Part shown: piece after piece, positions 12,500 through 25,405 of the stretch
Layout of the letters: the number at the start of each line of letters is the position of its first letter
Position numbering within the stretch: the stretch's first letter is position 1
Assembly: GCA_013265495.1 (NCBI GenBank)
Contig: MU058213.1
Coordinates: 1,488,001 to 1,552,000 of the forward strand
Reading direction: 5' to 3'
DNA length: 64,000 nt
DNA from: Vicugna vicugna
Taxonomy: Eukaryota
The notes under the pieces: model-generated
Database searches by the model: none
What the model saw: only the letters and a program-made list of their open reading frames with translations
What the model was told of the DNA's origin: nothing
Made by a program: the position numbers and the translations under genes

Positions 12500-13075
12500 T
12501 GGACAAGTAGGCAGAGTTACCACAAATATTATTGAATTAAGGGACTTATTATAGGAATTAGATCTTACACAAATGTGGGAGGAACTGGGAAAGTTAAGTC
12601 TGGAAAGGGAAAATAGTCACTAAACAGGCCCCTGAAATACTGGTGAGGGAGGACAGGTCAAAACTTTCAGGGAAATCAGAGAGAATAAGCACATCTGGCT
12701 GTAGAATGGGCTGTACAGGGTAGTTTGTGGAAAGGTGTATGGAAGGGGAAGGGCCACTCTGGGGAAGCTGTGGGTCTTCAGACAAGTTCCTGGTAGGAGC
12801 ACACTCTGGGACTGCTGTCAGCCAGCAAGACCAGTAGTTGGGAAGATGAGTTAGACACATTGCAGACAAGAGTAAGAACATGCTGGATCCCACCAGGCAC
12901 TTCTGCACAACGTCTGGCTGTGATGGGCCCCCAAGAGTAATGGCTTCTACTTCACTTCTTCCTTCCAAATCTTATGCAATTTCCTCTCTAAACCAACTCT
13001 AACTCAGACCCACACAGAGAAGGAGTTTCTGAAAAATGTAGCTCCTAGCCATAGCAAATTGGTATCTTACAAATG
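12500..13075 (-). mobile_element. ERVL-class solo LTR (MLT2/LTR-like), family uncertain
   Basis: atttattataggaattaga-type start and ttctgaaaaatgtagctcctagccatagcaaattgg end typical of old ERVL LTRs. Confidence 0.5.
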
Positions 13076-13725
13076 TAGCATGGTGGTTACACAGAAAACT
13101 TGGAGGAAGCAAAAACGTTGAACTGGGCCAACATGTTTATGAAGAAGCAGAGGATCATGTTCCCAAAGAGAGATAGTAAGAATACTAGTCCTCAGAGCCA
13201 CCTTGGTTCTCAACACCTTGTCAGCTTCAGATCCGGTATATCCTTAGAGTTAATCTCTCTTTTTCTGAAGTATTTGAGTGCATTATCTTGCAAACAAAAA
13301 AACCTATTTATCTAAAACCTGTCTTCAAAATAAAATTGGATAAGCAGTGAAGGGCTTTTAATTTGTTTCTTAAAGATTTGTCCTAACTGACTAGAAAATG
13401 TACAGTTAGGGTCTAGTGTAGCATATGCAGGCATCTTGTTAATACTGAAAATGTATTTGTAGAATGAATAAACAAACGAATGAATACAGGCCATAGGCTG
13501 TTCTGTCAACTTTTGTACACAAATCAATAAAACTGTGTGTCAGAAACTAGTGATTTAGACCCTCCATCAAGCTAAGCAGGTGCTATGAGTCAATTTGTCA
13601 GAAACGGTAATTAGCTTTGTTGAGTCACCTTTGATATTCCTTGGTGTCCATTGTAGTGTTTTAGATAAGAAGGCTCATCAGAATTGGGTGAGCTGTGTGG
13701 GGCCTCAGAACATTCTGTTTATCTA

Positions 13726-14794
13726 TTTTTTTTTTAACATTTTTTATTGAGTTATAGTCATTTTACAATGTTGTATCAAATTCCAGTGTAGAGCACAAAT
13801 TTTCAGTATACATGAACATACATATATTCATTGTCACATTTTTTTTTCACTGTGAGCTACCACAAGATCTTGTATATATTTCCCTGTGCTATACAGTATA
13901 ATCTTGTGTATCTATTCTGCATATGCCTGTCAATATCTACAGATTTTGACATCCCAGTCTGTCCCTTCCCACCCCCTGCCCCCTTGGCAACCACAAGTTT
14001 GTATTCTATGTCTATTGAGTCAGTTTCTGTTTTGTATTTATGTTCTTTTTTTTTTAGATTCCACATATGAGTGATCTCATATGATATTTTTCATTCTCTT
14101 TCTGGCTTACTTCACTTAAAATGACATTCTCCAGGGACATCCATGTTGCCGCAAATGGCATTATATTGTCTTTTTATGGCCTAATAGTATTCCATCATAT
14201 AAATATACCACATCTTCTTTATCCAGTCATCTGTTGATGGACGTTTAGGCTGTTTCCATGTCTTGGCTATTGTAAATAGTGCTGCTATGAACATGGATGC
14301 AGATGTCTTTTTGAAGTAGGGTTCCTTCTGGATATATGCCCAGGAGCAGGATTCCTGGGTCATACGGTAAATCTATTCCTAGTCTTTTGAGGAATCTCTA
14401 TACTGTTTTCCACAGTGGCTGCACCAAACTGCATTCCCACCAGCAGTGCAGGAGGGTTCCCTTTTCTCCACAGCCTCTCCAGCATTTGTCATTTGTGGAC
14501 TTTTGAATGATGGCCATTCTGACTGGTGTGAGGTGATACCTCATTGTAGTTTTGATTTGCATTTCTCTGATAATTAGTGATATTGGGCATTTTTTCATGT
14601 GCCTATTGATCCTTTGTATGTCTTCCTTGGAGAATTGCTTGTTTAGGTCTTCTGCCCATTTTTGGATTGGGTTGTTTGTTTTTTTCTTATTAAGTCGTAT
14701 GAGCTGCTTATATATTCTGGAGAACAAGCCTTTGTTGGTTTCATTGTTTGCAAAAATTTTCTCCCATTCTGTAGGTTGTCATTTTGTTTTACTT
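13726..14794 (-). mobile_element. Lineage-specific L1, 5'-truncated (~1.07 kb: ORF2 C-terminus, 3' UTR, polyA)
   Basis: T-tract at 13726; ORF track 14398..14727 and 14181..14363 give ORF2p C-terminus incl. [18 protein letters not shown] zinc knuckle, broken by a stop/indels. Confidence 0.97.
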
Positions 14795-16009
14795 ATTCTG
14801 AAGACCGTAGGCAGACATGGTAGTTTAATCTAAGGCATTTGTTTCACTACCATATTACTGGGAATAGTTGAGCTAACCAATTCTAGAGGCCATGTCTGGA
14901 ATATTATTAAGTTTGAAATGTCTTTCCCAACTGGTTTGAGAGGGCCTTTTAACTGTAGGGTGACTGGGTTTCTTTATGTGAAATTTTATTGCATAATTGG
15001 GAATATAGAATGCGAACCCATGTGAGTAACACACCTTCTTTATGCATTTCACATATTCTTACAATTACCTGAAGAGAACAGACTTTGAGCCTTTATACTT
15101 CACATCTCTCCCTTTGTTATTCTGATATATGGGAAGGTGAGAAGAGTGAGAAATGTCCCTGGAATGGTGTAGAGAAAGATCTACTAGCTTCTGTTTCTTC
15201 ATTAAAAACTTGATTACAGCTGGCCAGACTTGTAGAGAAATATGATCTTAAATATAGGCTGAAATAAAAATGGATTCAATTCTTCAATATTATACCAAAA
15301 CCAAATTTTGGACCATGAAGATTCAAGCAAGATTAACTTTTCCTCTCACTCAGCCTATGGCCTGAGAGCACAATAGCGCATGGTTTTAAAGTCATATTCA
15401 ACTATATACATCAGAGCTGATGAAGGGAATTTACCAAATAAATTTCAGATTCTTCTCTGCGTGATATATAGTCTTTCCAGAGAAAGTTCTTAAAATGCCT
15501 TCTCTGAATTTTTCCTTATATTTGGATGCTACTTCTTACAATTAAAAGTGCTTTAAAATTGCTTTCATAAATATTAACTCATTTGGATCTTACAGATCCA
15601 AAATATAAAGGACATTTAGTTACAATTACTTTTCCCAAATCCAAGCAAACAAAAGTTTACAAACATTCAATCAGTCATAGAATTTGTGAGTACAGTAAAT
15701 TCATGCAATTATTTAATATTCTTTTCATTTCTCCCCCTCATATTTAGAGTTTATATCTTGTGTCATAATCGTGTATTCCAAAGAATAATGGAAGAAGGCT
15801 GGAGGGACAAGGGTAAGACTTAAGGATTCCAGAAGTAATGGGTGTACAAAGGTTCTCAGGTGGGACAAGACTTGCACTCCATGAGGTGGGGCTAGACTTG
15901 TGGGGATGGATATCCTGGATCTCTCAATTTCCTCTTACTTTACTTCTCCATTTTCCTTTTATTCTGAAAGTCCTTTCTCCTCCAGATTTACCACAGCTTG
16001 CTACTGTTT

Positions 16010-16590
16010 GTCCTAGGGTGAGGTGTCCCACATGCGGCACAATATTCTAGATGTGACTTGATGCAAAAACCAGAGGAACTTCAGCAACTTTAATGTATCT
16101 CCTGCAATTCTAAATATGCATTAGGCATTTAAATTTTTTCCATGCCAGAGTGATGGCCTAGATTGCACTTAAAGTTACTGGAATTCTCAGAAAGGATTTT
16201 TTTTCAAGCAGAAGAAAGACTGGAAAGGCTTGTGGGTGAGAGTCCATGGCATGTTCAAGCAACACTGTGGTTACTGTGCTGACTGAATTGACAATTCCTT
16301 TAAGTCTGTTACATATTTGTTGAGTATATCTAATGTGAATATTTGTTGATTATATATAAAATGTCTTCATCAATATTGCTGAAAAGAACATGGATTACAG
16401 TAGGGCTAGGCCCCATGGCGTATCATTAAATATTCCTTTCCTGGTTAATTTTGATTCTGATCAACACTTTAAGAAAAGATATTTGTTCAGATACAAGTTT
16501 TCTTAACTGTGCTGTCATAATCCCTAACTTCTCTGTCTTTATCATAGGATATATGAAAACTCATCATATATCGTAATAAAATCAAGATAA
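16010..16590 (-). mobile_element. L3/CR1 LINE fragment
   Basis: ggtgtcccacatgcggcacaatattctagatgtgac and ...aataaaatcaagata resemble the reverse CR1 RT region. Confidence 0.5.
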
Positions 16591-17055
16591 TAATACCCTA
16601 TACCTACCCTGTGGCCCAGCAATTCCACTTCTAGGTATTTCTCCAAGATAAATGAATAAAATGTCTATTAAAGGATTTGTATAATAATATTCATAGAAGG
16701 TTTATTCTTAATAGCCCCCAAATAGAAATGATCCATTAATTAGAGAATAGATAAATAAAATGTGGAATATACATACAATGGAATACTACTTAGCAATTAA
16801 AAGGGAAAAACTAATGATATGTGGAACATGAGAAATCTCAAAAACACAAAGAAACCTTGTGCAAAAGAATGCCTACTATATGAATCCATTCATTGAAGTT
16901 CTAGAACCAATGAAACTAATATATGGTGTAAAAAAATCAGAATAGTGATTGCCACTGGGAGTGGGTTGGATCAGGTATTGACTGGGAAGGCACAAGGAAC
17001 TTTCTGGGGTGATGGTTGTATCCTATCTTGATCATGGTTTGGGTTTGACAGGAGA
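16590..17055 (+). mobile_element. Ancient L1 (L1MD/L1ME-type) ORF2 end and 3' UTR
   Basis: cccagcaattccacttctaggtattt...catacaatggaatactacttagcaattaaaagg...actttctggggtgatgg. Confidence 0.85.
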
Positions 17056-17220
17056 ATGTGTAAACACATCACTGTAACCAGCACCCTGGTCAGGAAATGA
17101 AACATCACAGTTACCTGAAGCATCTCCTGTGCTTGCTTCTACCTACTACTTCCCAAGATAAATACTGTCCTGATTTTTAACACCATCAATAATAAGGCTT
17201 GCCTATTTTTGAACCTCATA
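17056..17220 (-). mobile_element. L1ME-type 3' UTR fragment, opposite orientation
   Basis: tgtaaccagcaccc..tcaggaaatgaaacat...tgtcctgatttttaacaccat...tgcctatttttgaac. Confidence 0.65.
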
Positions 17221-19712
17221 GTGCTTGGCAAATAACAGATATTGAAATATTAGATCTCTTCTCTTAGCTCTTTCTTTTTCCTAGTCACAACAGCTGAAGG
17301 AGATGCTGCAGTATTTAATGTAGCAAATGGTTTAAGAAGCAAATTCTGTACACATGACCCCTATGAGAAGTGAACAGTCCAGCTCACTGGACACTTGATC
17401 TTCCACACAACCTTTGAGTTGTAGCTAAAATAGCTCTTTGCCTGATTGAAATGTCCACCCTCCATTCAGTTATTTAGACTTTGATTACGCATCCACTAAA
17501 TGAGGCATGTGTGTGCAAAAGCATTCCAAACTGAGCAGATACAAAGAAATATTATCCTTTAGAACCTTTAGATCCTTTTTTTTAACCCAAGAAAACATAA
17601 ATGCAACAATAGATCAATTTGACTGTAAATATTATCTAAGTATGTCCTTTAAAAGCCAAAGGAATGTCAGATACAATTTATTTTCCACCAGTGCAAGCTG
17701 AGACATTAAGTGGCAATTCTACTTCCATTAGCTAAATCTGGCAAATATGCAACTGTTTAAAGGCATTGTCGATAGCCATTGCACAATTAAGTATTTGTAC
17801 TGATGCCTTATTAAATTACCCTTTTCAAGTAGGCATAATAAACTAGGAGTTCACTGTACGGATTTTCATGGGGAAAGTCAGATCAGTATGGGATTTATTT
17901 AGAGGGAATTTAGTGCACTGAGTAATGAAGTAAATGTCATGTTTTGACCAAATAAATCTTAATTTCCTTAAAATTTTTTTTAAGGTCAAGTAACAGCAAA
18001 AAAAATTCTACAAATATAATTGTCATGATTTGTAACATTATTGAAACAACTGTATAATTGTGATTATCTTTTTAATAACAAAACCTATTTTTGTTTTTAG
18101 CAGAGAGTATTGCCCTACACAGAGGTTTCTAATCTTCTTGTAAAAAGCTGATATTTCCCCCAAACTTTAAGATTCCTACAGGGGCTGAAAGATAGTTGGG
18201 TGAATGGAGAGAAGGATGATGGAGGAAGGTGATGGAGGAAGAATTAGGAAAGGAGCTTATGGAGGAGATTATTAAACAACTAGCTAAAGGAGGCTTTGAG
18301 ATCTACTGGGAGATCCTAATCTGGATGGACCCTTCTGCATCTTGTCTGCAAAGCAGTGTTAACTAGAAGGTTCTTTATTTAGTAATGCACTGGTCTCTAT
18401 TTCTTTAGACATTGGATATAGTAGCTCTCATCACATAGTTCTTAAGCAATGGTTATATCTTTCTGGGTCTGGTACCACACTAGTTTCTATATGAAAATAA
18501 TTTGTCTTTGTCCTCCTTCCCCATCTAGTCACCAAACTTAAAAATGTTTCATTGCCGGTTGGCCTTTAATTGCTGAGTCTTCCAAATAAGTTTTCTGGCA
18601 CTGTGGTTTGTTCATAGAAAACACTTAGTGATTATTTCTGATTCAACCTGCATGAAATAAGTGAATTTTTGAATTCTCTTAAATATTAAAATATTTAAAA
18701 TATTAGATGATGGTATAGTGCATAACAACTATTTGAATACATAGCTGAATTTTTGTAGTTTTCATCTGTCTGTTTGATGTTATTTAATGGCAACGTCTGT
18801 GCCTTTTTTTATCGCTAAGATTGCCAGGAAGAATACTTTTGCTTTCCAGTTTGCCATAATGTAAAACATAATCTTGGGAATAGTTGCTCTAAAGGAGCAT
18901 TTATATAAGATAAGTTGTATTTGGGATATTTTAGGGGAGGTTCTTCAAGGAATTGTGGTAAATCTTTTTGTAATGAAAAGAATGACTCCAGTTTATTTTT
19001 CCTTAGTATCTCTCATTTTCATTTGTTTATGGTGAGAGTATGTTTGTATTTTGAAGTTTTTGACTACTGATTATTATCTCTATTTGTTTTTACCATGTTT
19101 ATCTGGGTTGATGATATAAGGAAACTGAAGCACAAATAGATTTTTTAAGTGACCTCCTACATAAGGTAAAACTAGGATTAACTATCAAGACTGCAAGTTT
19201 TAAGTTACCAAATAAACACCTTTATTAGTTCAGTGTTATAGTTCAAAAGAAGTTGTGATTCTTTGAATCATATAGAAATCTGCCCAGCTTTTTATAGAAT
19301 TTCTTAATTTTTCAGCAACTGGTATCTTTCTATATACATAAATTTGCAGGTTTTATTATTCCTACCACCTATTGTCATATTCAAAATACCTGAGGGAAGA
19401 AGGGTGGTATGTAGTAGAAGAAAGAACTAGTTGGGAGACATATGTTGCAGTCTAAGATCCACTACTAACTTTGAAAATTTGAACAAGTCATTTGCTTCCT
19501 CTGGCCTCAGGTCCCTCAAGGCAGTTGAAGTAGGTAGTGTGTTAAGAACAAGTAAGAATTAAAATTTTGTTGTTTCGTTTTATCTTTTCAGTCTGTTTTG
19601 AGCCCAGGAACAGAGACTAATTAGTCAGGGACAAGTGTTGAAGTGGAAACCAGGAAAAACCACAGAGCAGTCTTTTTGGAAGTATAGTCAGTGACTATAC
19701 TTTAAAACAATA

Positions 19713-19763
19713 CTTTGACACAACATTGTAAAGTGATTATAAATCAATAAAAAATGTTAAAAA
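19713..19763 (+). mobile_element. ~50-nt L1 3'-terminal micro-insertion with 9-bp TSD
   Basis: Near-perfect reverse complement of the terminus of the L1 at 28737; TSD AAAACAATA at 19704-19712 and 19764-19772; TTT|AAAA site. Confidence 0.85.
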
Positions 19764-19794
19764 AAAACAATATGAATCTCTGCATCCTGTCATT

Positions 19795-19895
19795 TAGAGG
19801 CAGAATTTTCTAGAAGGGTATGGAGGTGAGGAGGGTCTGTAATTCTGATAAGCACTGAGGTGATTCCAATGCTCGTTGAAACTTAAGAAGCACTT
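19795..19895. mobile_element. MER5-like hAT MITE fragment
   Basis: cagaatttt...tctgtaattctgataagcac..aggtgattccaatgc..aaacttaagaagcact. Confidence 0.55.
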
Positions 19896-20782
19896 CTATG
19901 AGATAAACATATGAGATAAACATTCTGTTTTCCTGAAGACACTTTTAAAAGCCATATTAAAAAATTAGTCTTTCTTATAGAAAACATGGGCATAACTGCT
20001 CACTCCTTTTAGAGTGATAATGATTAGAGGTTGCCCAGTATGTGTCATGAGGCCAGGCTAGCTCGTGTGAACTGGGACACCAAGGACCTTTTGTCTTTGC
20101 TGGAGGGTTCCTGCAAGATTCTGATCAGATAACCAAGAGAATAGGGCTTGCTTGGAAGGTGGTGGGCCTGAGACCTGGCTCTGGGAGATGATCTTTGAAG
20201 AGTGCAGTGTCTTAATACAGAGTTAGCATTGAGACAGGGACCAACATCAAGAGGGAGGCTGAGGGAGACAGACTCTAGGTGAGGGTCATGGAAAACAAGG
20301 GCAGAGCAATGCCACTGGCAGCTTGGTTTTTCCCTACAGTTAGAGCTGGCAATCTGTGTTCTGTAAGGAAGTCCTGGGGGCCCCAGGGACCCTGAAGCCA
20401 GCTAGATGAGATGAGATCCTTCCAGGCTTCTATGGCTGAAGCACTACAGAGCCCAGCAAGGACACTCCTGTGTCTACATCATGTGTAGTTTGGTCTTTCC
20501 TTTTCCAACCTCTGTATGTACAGATCTGCCCTCTAAGTATTGTTTTAGACCGTCTCAACTAATTCTTTTTGTGGCTTTTACAACATTCAGAGTGAAAGGT
20601 ATCCTTCAGGTAGTGTGAATCAATAATCTCTGAACTGGGTGATCCTTAAAGCAAAAAAAAAAAATTACTATAGGAGCATCCAAATTGGGGCAGCTTCACA
20701 GTTGGCTTCTTGCTAGGAACTTCCTGCCCAAGAATGCACATATCAACCCAGAGCTTCTTATGTGTGACAGTCTGTAAGAGGC

Positions 20783-21000
20783 GGCTACATGATAGTGGTT
20801 GAGAGTCTAGGCTTGGGAGTTAGAATACTTGGGTTTTACAGTTCTGCCCAAAACTTCCAAGCTGTGGAACCCTGAGCAGTTTTTCCACCTGTCAAATGGA
20901 AGTAAAGGTAGGGCTAAGTGGTGAAGTTGTTATGAAGAAAAGTAATATGTAAAAAGTGCTTAGAATGGTGGTTGACATCGTTAGCAAATATGGCTGTGGT
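20783..21000 (+). mobile_element. MIR SINE
   Basis: atagtggttgagag...ggagttagaatacttgggttt...cacctgtcaaatgg...gtaaaaagtgcttagaa. Confidence 0.75.
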
Positions 21001-24000
21001 TAGTGCTTCTTTGTCCAGAGTAAAACAGGCAGCTGTATGTGATATAGGACTTGAGGACTTTTCAGGCCTCATTCTTACTATCGCTCAGTAGGCCCTGAAT
21101 GACTATTCTTGATGCTCTGGGTTAAGAAAGCAACAATTCTAGAATTGTTGGATATGATTCAGGAGGAGTACATGTGAAGCCATTATGCTGTGATACAATT
21201 TGACTTTGTCAGATGAGACAGCCGGGCCCAGAGGGAGTTGCCCTAAGATTAACACAGGTGTGAACAAGTCAAGACAGTTTCAGCAGGATATACTGAGGTG
21301 AGGACCTCTATGAACAGCCCAAGGATGCATAAAGCAAGAGGTGAGACAGGCAGCATGCTTTCTATTTTGCTTTCTCCAGCCAGCTTTGCCTAGGAAAGTA
21401 ATTGAAGGACAATGACAGAAGTATTCTGACACTTAATGAGGATCTGGATGGGTTTGTGTCCCTGTTGAATACTCATGTTTTTTCTCCCTTAGTTATGGAA
21501 GCCTGCGTCCTCTGTCTCTATTAGTAGCTCCTTACAGCACCAAGCTGAAGTCCTCTATTGATCTCCAGATAGCATAGCCAGGCTCCCAGCTGCCCTGCCA
21601 GTCACCTCTGCTCAGAGCCCAGGAGCCAGAACTCTATTGCCTTAGTTTTCACTGGGAAGACCTCTTGCTTGCACAGACACTGTCCAATCCTGTGCAGCAT
21701 GGAGTGAAAAAAATGGCTCCTGAACAAGAGCTTACAATTATAGGAGGAGTGATGGAGGGAGGAACAGCAATGATTGTACCCAAGTATATAAATTTAAGGT
21801 TTATTTGAACCACTTATTCCACCTCTTGTCTACATGATCTTCTGTCACATTGAAAAAAACCAATGTTTATTAATTCCAATAATGAGCAGGGTCTTGACTT
21901 TAAATTAGAGAATCCACAGGACTGCTTTTCATTTATTTAGTGTCTTCATTAATTCACACATTCTTGCCTGTTAGAAGATCCATATGCATAACTTGTATAT
22001 TCATATGTTTAAAATTGTAACTTGGTATATGTAACTAGTTTATTTTACATGCAGCATTTAAGTGAAATTCATTTCATTGACATACAATAATGCCCCCCTA
22101 ATATTCTTGTTATTGACTTTAGTATTTCATAAATATTATTCACGGTGACATCTACTGGGAAATAAATTTTGGTTTTATCAATAGATATTATTATAATATA
22201 GAAAACATTAGTATTTGGTGGTGACATAAGTATGACACAAAGGCAATAAACTCATTAATAAACACACATGTCATTAATAAAATATTCCAAGATGGCAACT
22301 AAGAATTTTCAGCTCTTGTTCTTAAAGTTCTTTATTCATTTACCAAGTGTATATTGCACATTGCCCATTGTTCACAAAAGTTATTCTCAATTAATGAGTC
22401 TGGCCCTCTTTTCAAGTAACACAGAGCATGAAAATAATTATAATGATAGTATCAGTATGAAATTAATAAATTTTCTTTAAAAAAGATTTATCTAGACATA
22501 ACCCTGCTGCTCTTTCTTTTCTTTTCTTTCTTTTTTTTTGTCTGTGTGTTGCTTGGCAACCAACATTGATCTGTCCAAAAAAAAAAAAAAATCACATGAC
22601 TTAGGAATTGCTAGTGGCAATATTACTCTGTCATTTTTCTTTCTCATACCAAGCTGATGAAGGTACTACTAACTGGAACACTTATTAATTGTTTCTTCTT
22701 TCTTTGAAGTGTAATTTCCATGTATTTACCATGCATTGGGAATGGCTAATGACAGTGGCCTAGAAGGGATGGCCTGAGAGAGAAATGAGTGTGAAAGACT
22801 TCTTTGAGATAAAAAAGAACAGTATCATATTCAGTTTTATATTAATGATTCATCAGGTCAGTTTTGCCTTCCTAAAATACCCATCATGGCAGAATCTAAA
22901 GTCAGGCAGCCTCTATTTCCCCTCACTTGTATTTGGAAATTATACCCAAGAAACCTGCTAATTGCCTCCATGAGGTTAATGGGTGTGTGTGTTCAATGCA
23001 TTCATTAGAACGAGCTTCCTGATCTGTTCCAGCATCAGTGTATACCACTTTGGATCTTCCCATCAGTCTGGTATGTCCCACTCCTTGGCTATTCAGTTCA
23101 GTTCCCTGCTTAACATTGTCTCCTTTTGAACAGGGTACTCTGCTCTCACATGAAATCTTTGATCTGTGGCCTTTTCTTCCTTTTTTTTTTTTTTTTGCTA
23201 AAAGCTGCTGACAAAGCATCCAGTATTTTGGGGGTTACCCTTCCACGGCTGTCAGAGTCTCTTGTTAGAATTAAACAAACTCTGGGTGTGGACAATGGAC
23301 ATTTTGCTGAACCCCATAAATTATTCTTACAAGGTGTTTTTCCTTAAAAAACTCAGCTTGGAAGAAATTGTGCTTTGCCTGCAGGTAGGGGGCAAGTGAC
23401 CACACCAGCATGCCAATCAAATGGTCAAAACTGTGTCACAAGTAAATAGATATTTTCCTCTCCAAATTCTCTTGTTTTTTATTTACAGTTACTTGTTTAT
23501 TTTGAAAGACTTTGAAACATTTTCCCCATTTGAAGTATTTCCAGTTTCACATTCTCTCTGCATTACATTCTGATGTTTATGAGAATTGATGCTGTTTGCT
23601 CATACTGCTTTTGTGACTTCCCCCACCCCACCCCATGTAACAGTCTAACAAGGCAGAAGCTTCAGAGACTCTTTACTGCCTAATACCTGACCCCTTTCTC
23701 TCACATTACAGCTCCGAGTGACCATTTTCAAGGCAAAAGGTCACCCTCATCCCCATCCCTTTGGAACCAATGTGCATCAACCTTCTAACCTCTGCCTCAG
23801 AAAGATGATGGCTGTTTGGGCTGCAATCCCTTCATTACAGATGGTCCATATTTTATATTTAGTGTGGGAGGTCAAATTTAGGAAAGCAATTTCTCTTAAA
23901 GCTAAGAGTTCCAATAATCCTACGTCTTCTATTGGCTTATGGGTGAGTGGGCAGTAATGGGTTTATGGGAAGCGCCCGCTGGTCTGTCTTTTCCAGGGAG

Positions 24001-25169
24001 GGGATTATTCCTGTCAATCTAAATTTTTAGAATTGGTGGGCTCCCATTGTTTATTATTCAGTAAGCTTTTATTAGATTGTCTCTAAGCACAATACAGCAA
24101 GTGGGTATCCTTCTGAGCAGGCTATCAGGCTGGATCAATATCTCTAGACATTTAAAATCTTGGATAAAATAATGCTACATTTTCATCTCAGCTTTAGAAA
24201 GAGTCCTGTATGTCATTCTGTTGCAGAGAGAACGTCCAGAAAGATTCATGATGACATTAGCATGAACAATAATTGTCTAACGATGATAGAATCTGTGGGT
24301 AAGATGATGACTTTTTCAGGAGAATGTATATTTAAAATATTTTACTCTTTTATGACACTTTAGCCTAAATCTACAAAGAAATAGTATGACTGGGCTACAT
24401 AAATGCATTGTTGTGCTAACTTCAAATAAAATACCAGAGAGAGATGGGATTAATTTTAAAATTAACAGTGTAAATGAATTTGTATCTATTACTACATGTA
24501 TGTATGGAGTGAAACAGAGACTAGATTAAACCCACTTGTGTGCAGCAGATGAATCAAATCAAGCAAAGTGACTTGGGACCTAAATAAAACCATGTGATCC
24601 CAAGGCCTTTGGTTGTGCAAGCCCCAGAAGGCCAAACTATCCTAAGGAAATGTAGGTAGGGGAGATGGGTCACAACCTCCATGTCTACATTGAACGTTCT
24701 CATCCTTAATGAACTCTAGTAGCAAAGCAAGAAAAACTCTAAGCTTTTATGTTCAGACATCAGGCTTAAGAATTCCTTGTCCTGATTTTCCAATTTACTT
24801 CTTTAGAAACTAGGCTGGGAGTAGAATAGACTCTAGGAAGGAAAATCTTCTGATACTTAAGTGAGGCTGAGATAACTGTGGACCCATCACCTGCCTGCCC
24901 ATTCCCTTCACTGCACATAAAGACATGAGGGGACACACATGTGTCACAGAGAAAACTGAATCAGGGCTGTGCCATATAGACAGTTTAATAAAATAATAAT
25001 AATAGGTAATAATGGTGATGGTAGCTGCTAGTTTATCATTTTTATCATTGTTGAATATTTGCTATGTTTTAGATATTTCAATGATATTTTCTCAAAAGTT
25101 CCTTTGAGACAAAACATTATTATTACCTAGTTACTTTAAATCAAGAGGTTGAGGGGCAGGAAGGAAGTG

Positions 25170-25405
25170 AACGTTTATTGAATAGCTCTTAAGTGTCAGG
25201 CAACATGGTTGTAATTTTCATATATATATTATCTAATTTTATTCTTAAAACTCTTTTAGGTACATATTAACTATAATTACACAGGTGAGAAATCTAAGAC
25301 TCAGAAATGTTAAATATTTGCTGAAAGTCACAGACCTGGTATGTGGTCAAGTTGAGTTAACAGTGACCAGGTTTGTTTTATTCCTAAGGGCATGCTGTTT
25401 TCACT
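25170..25405 (-). mobile_element. MIR SINE
   Basis: aacgtttattgaatag...gtgtcaggc...acaggtgagaaatctaagactcagaaatgttaaa...aagtcacag. Confidence 0.75.
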
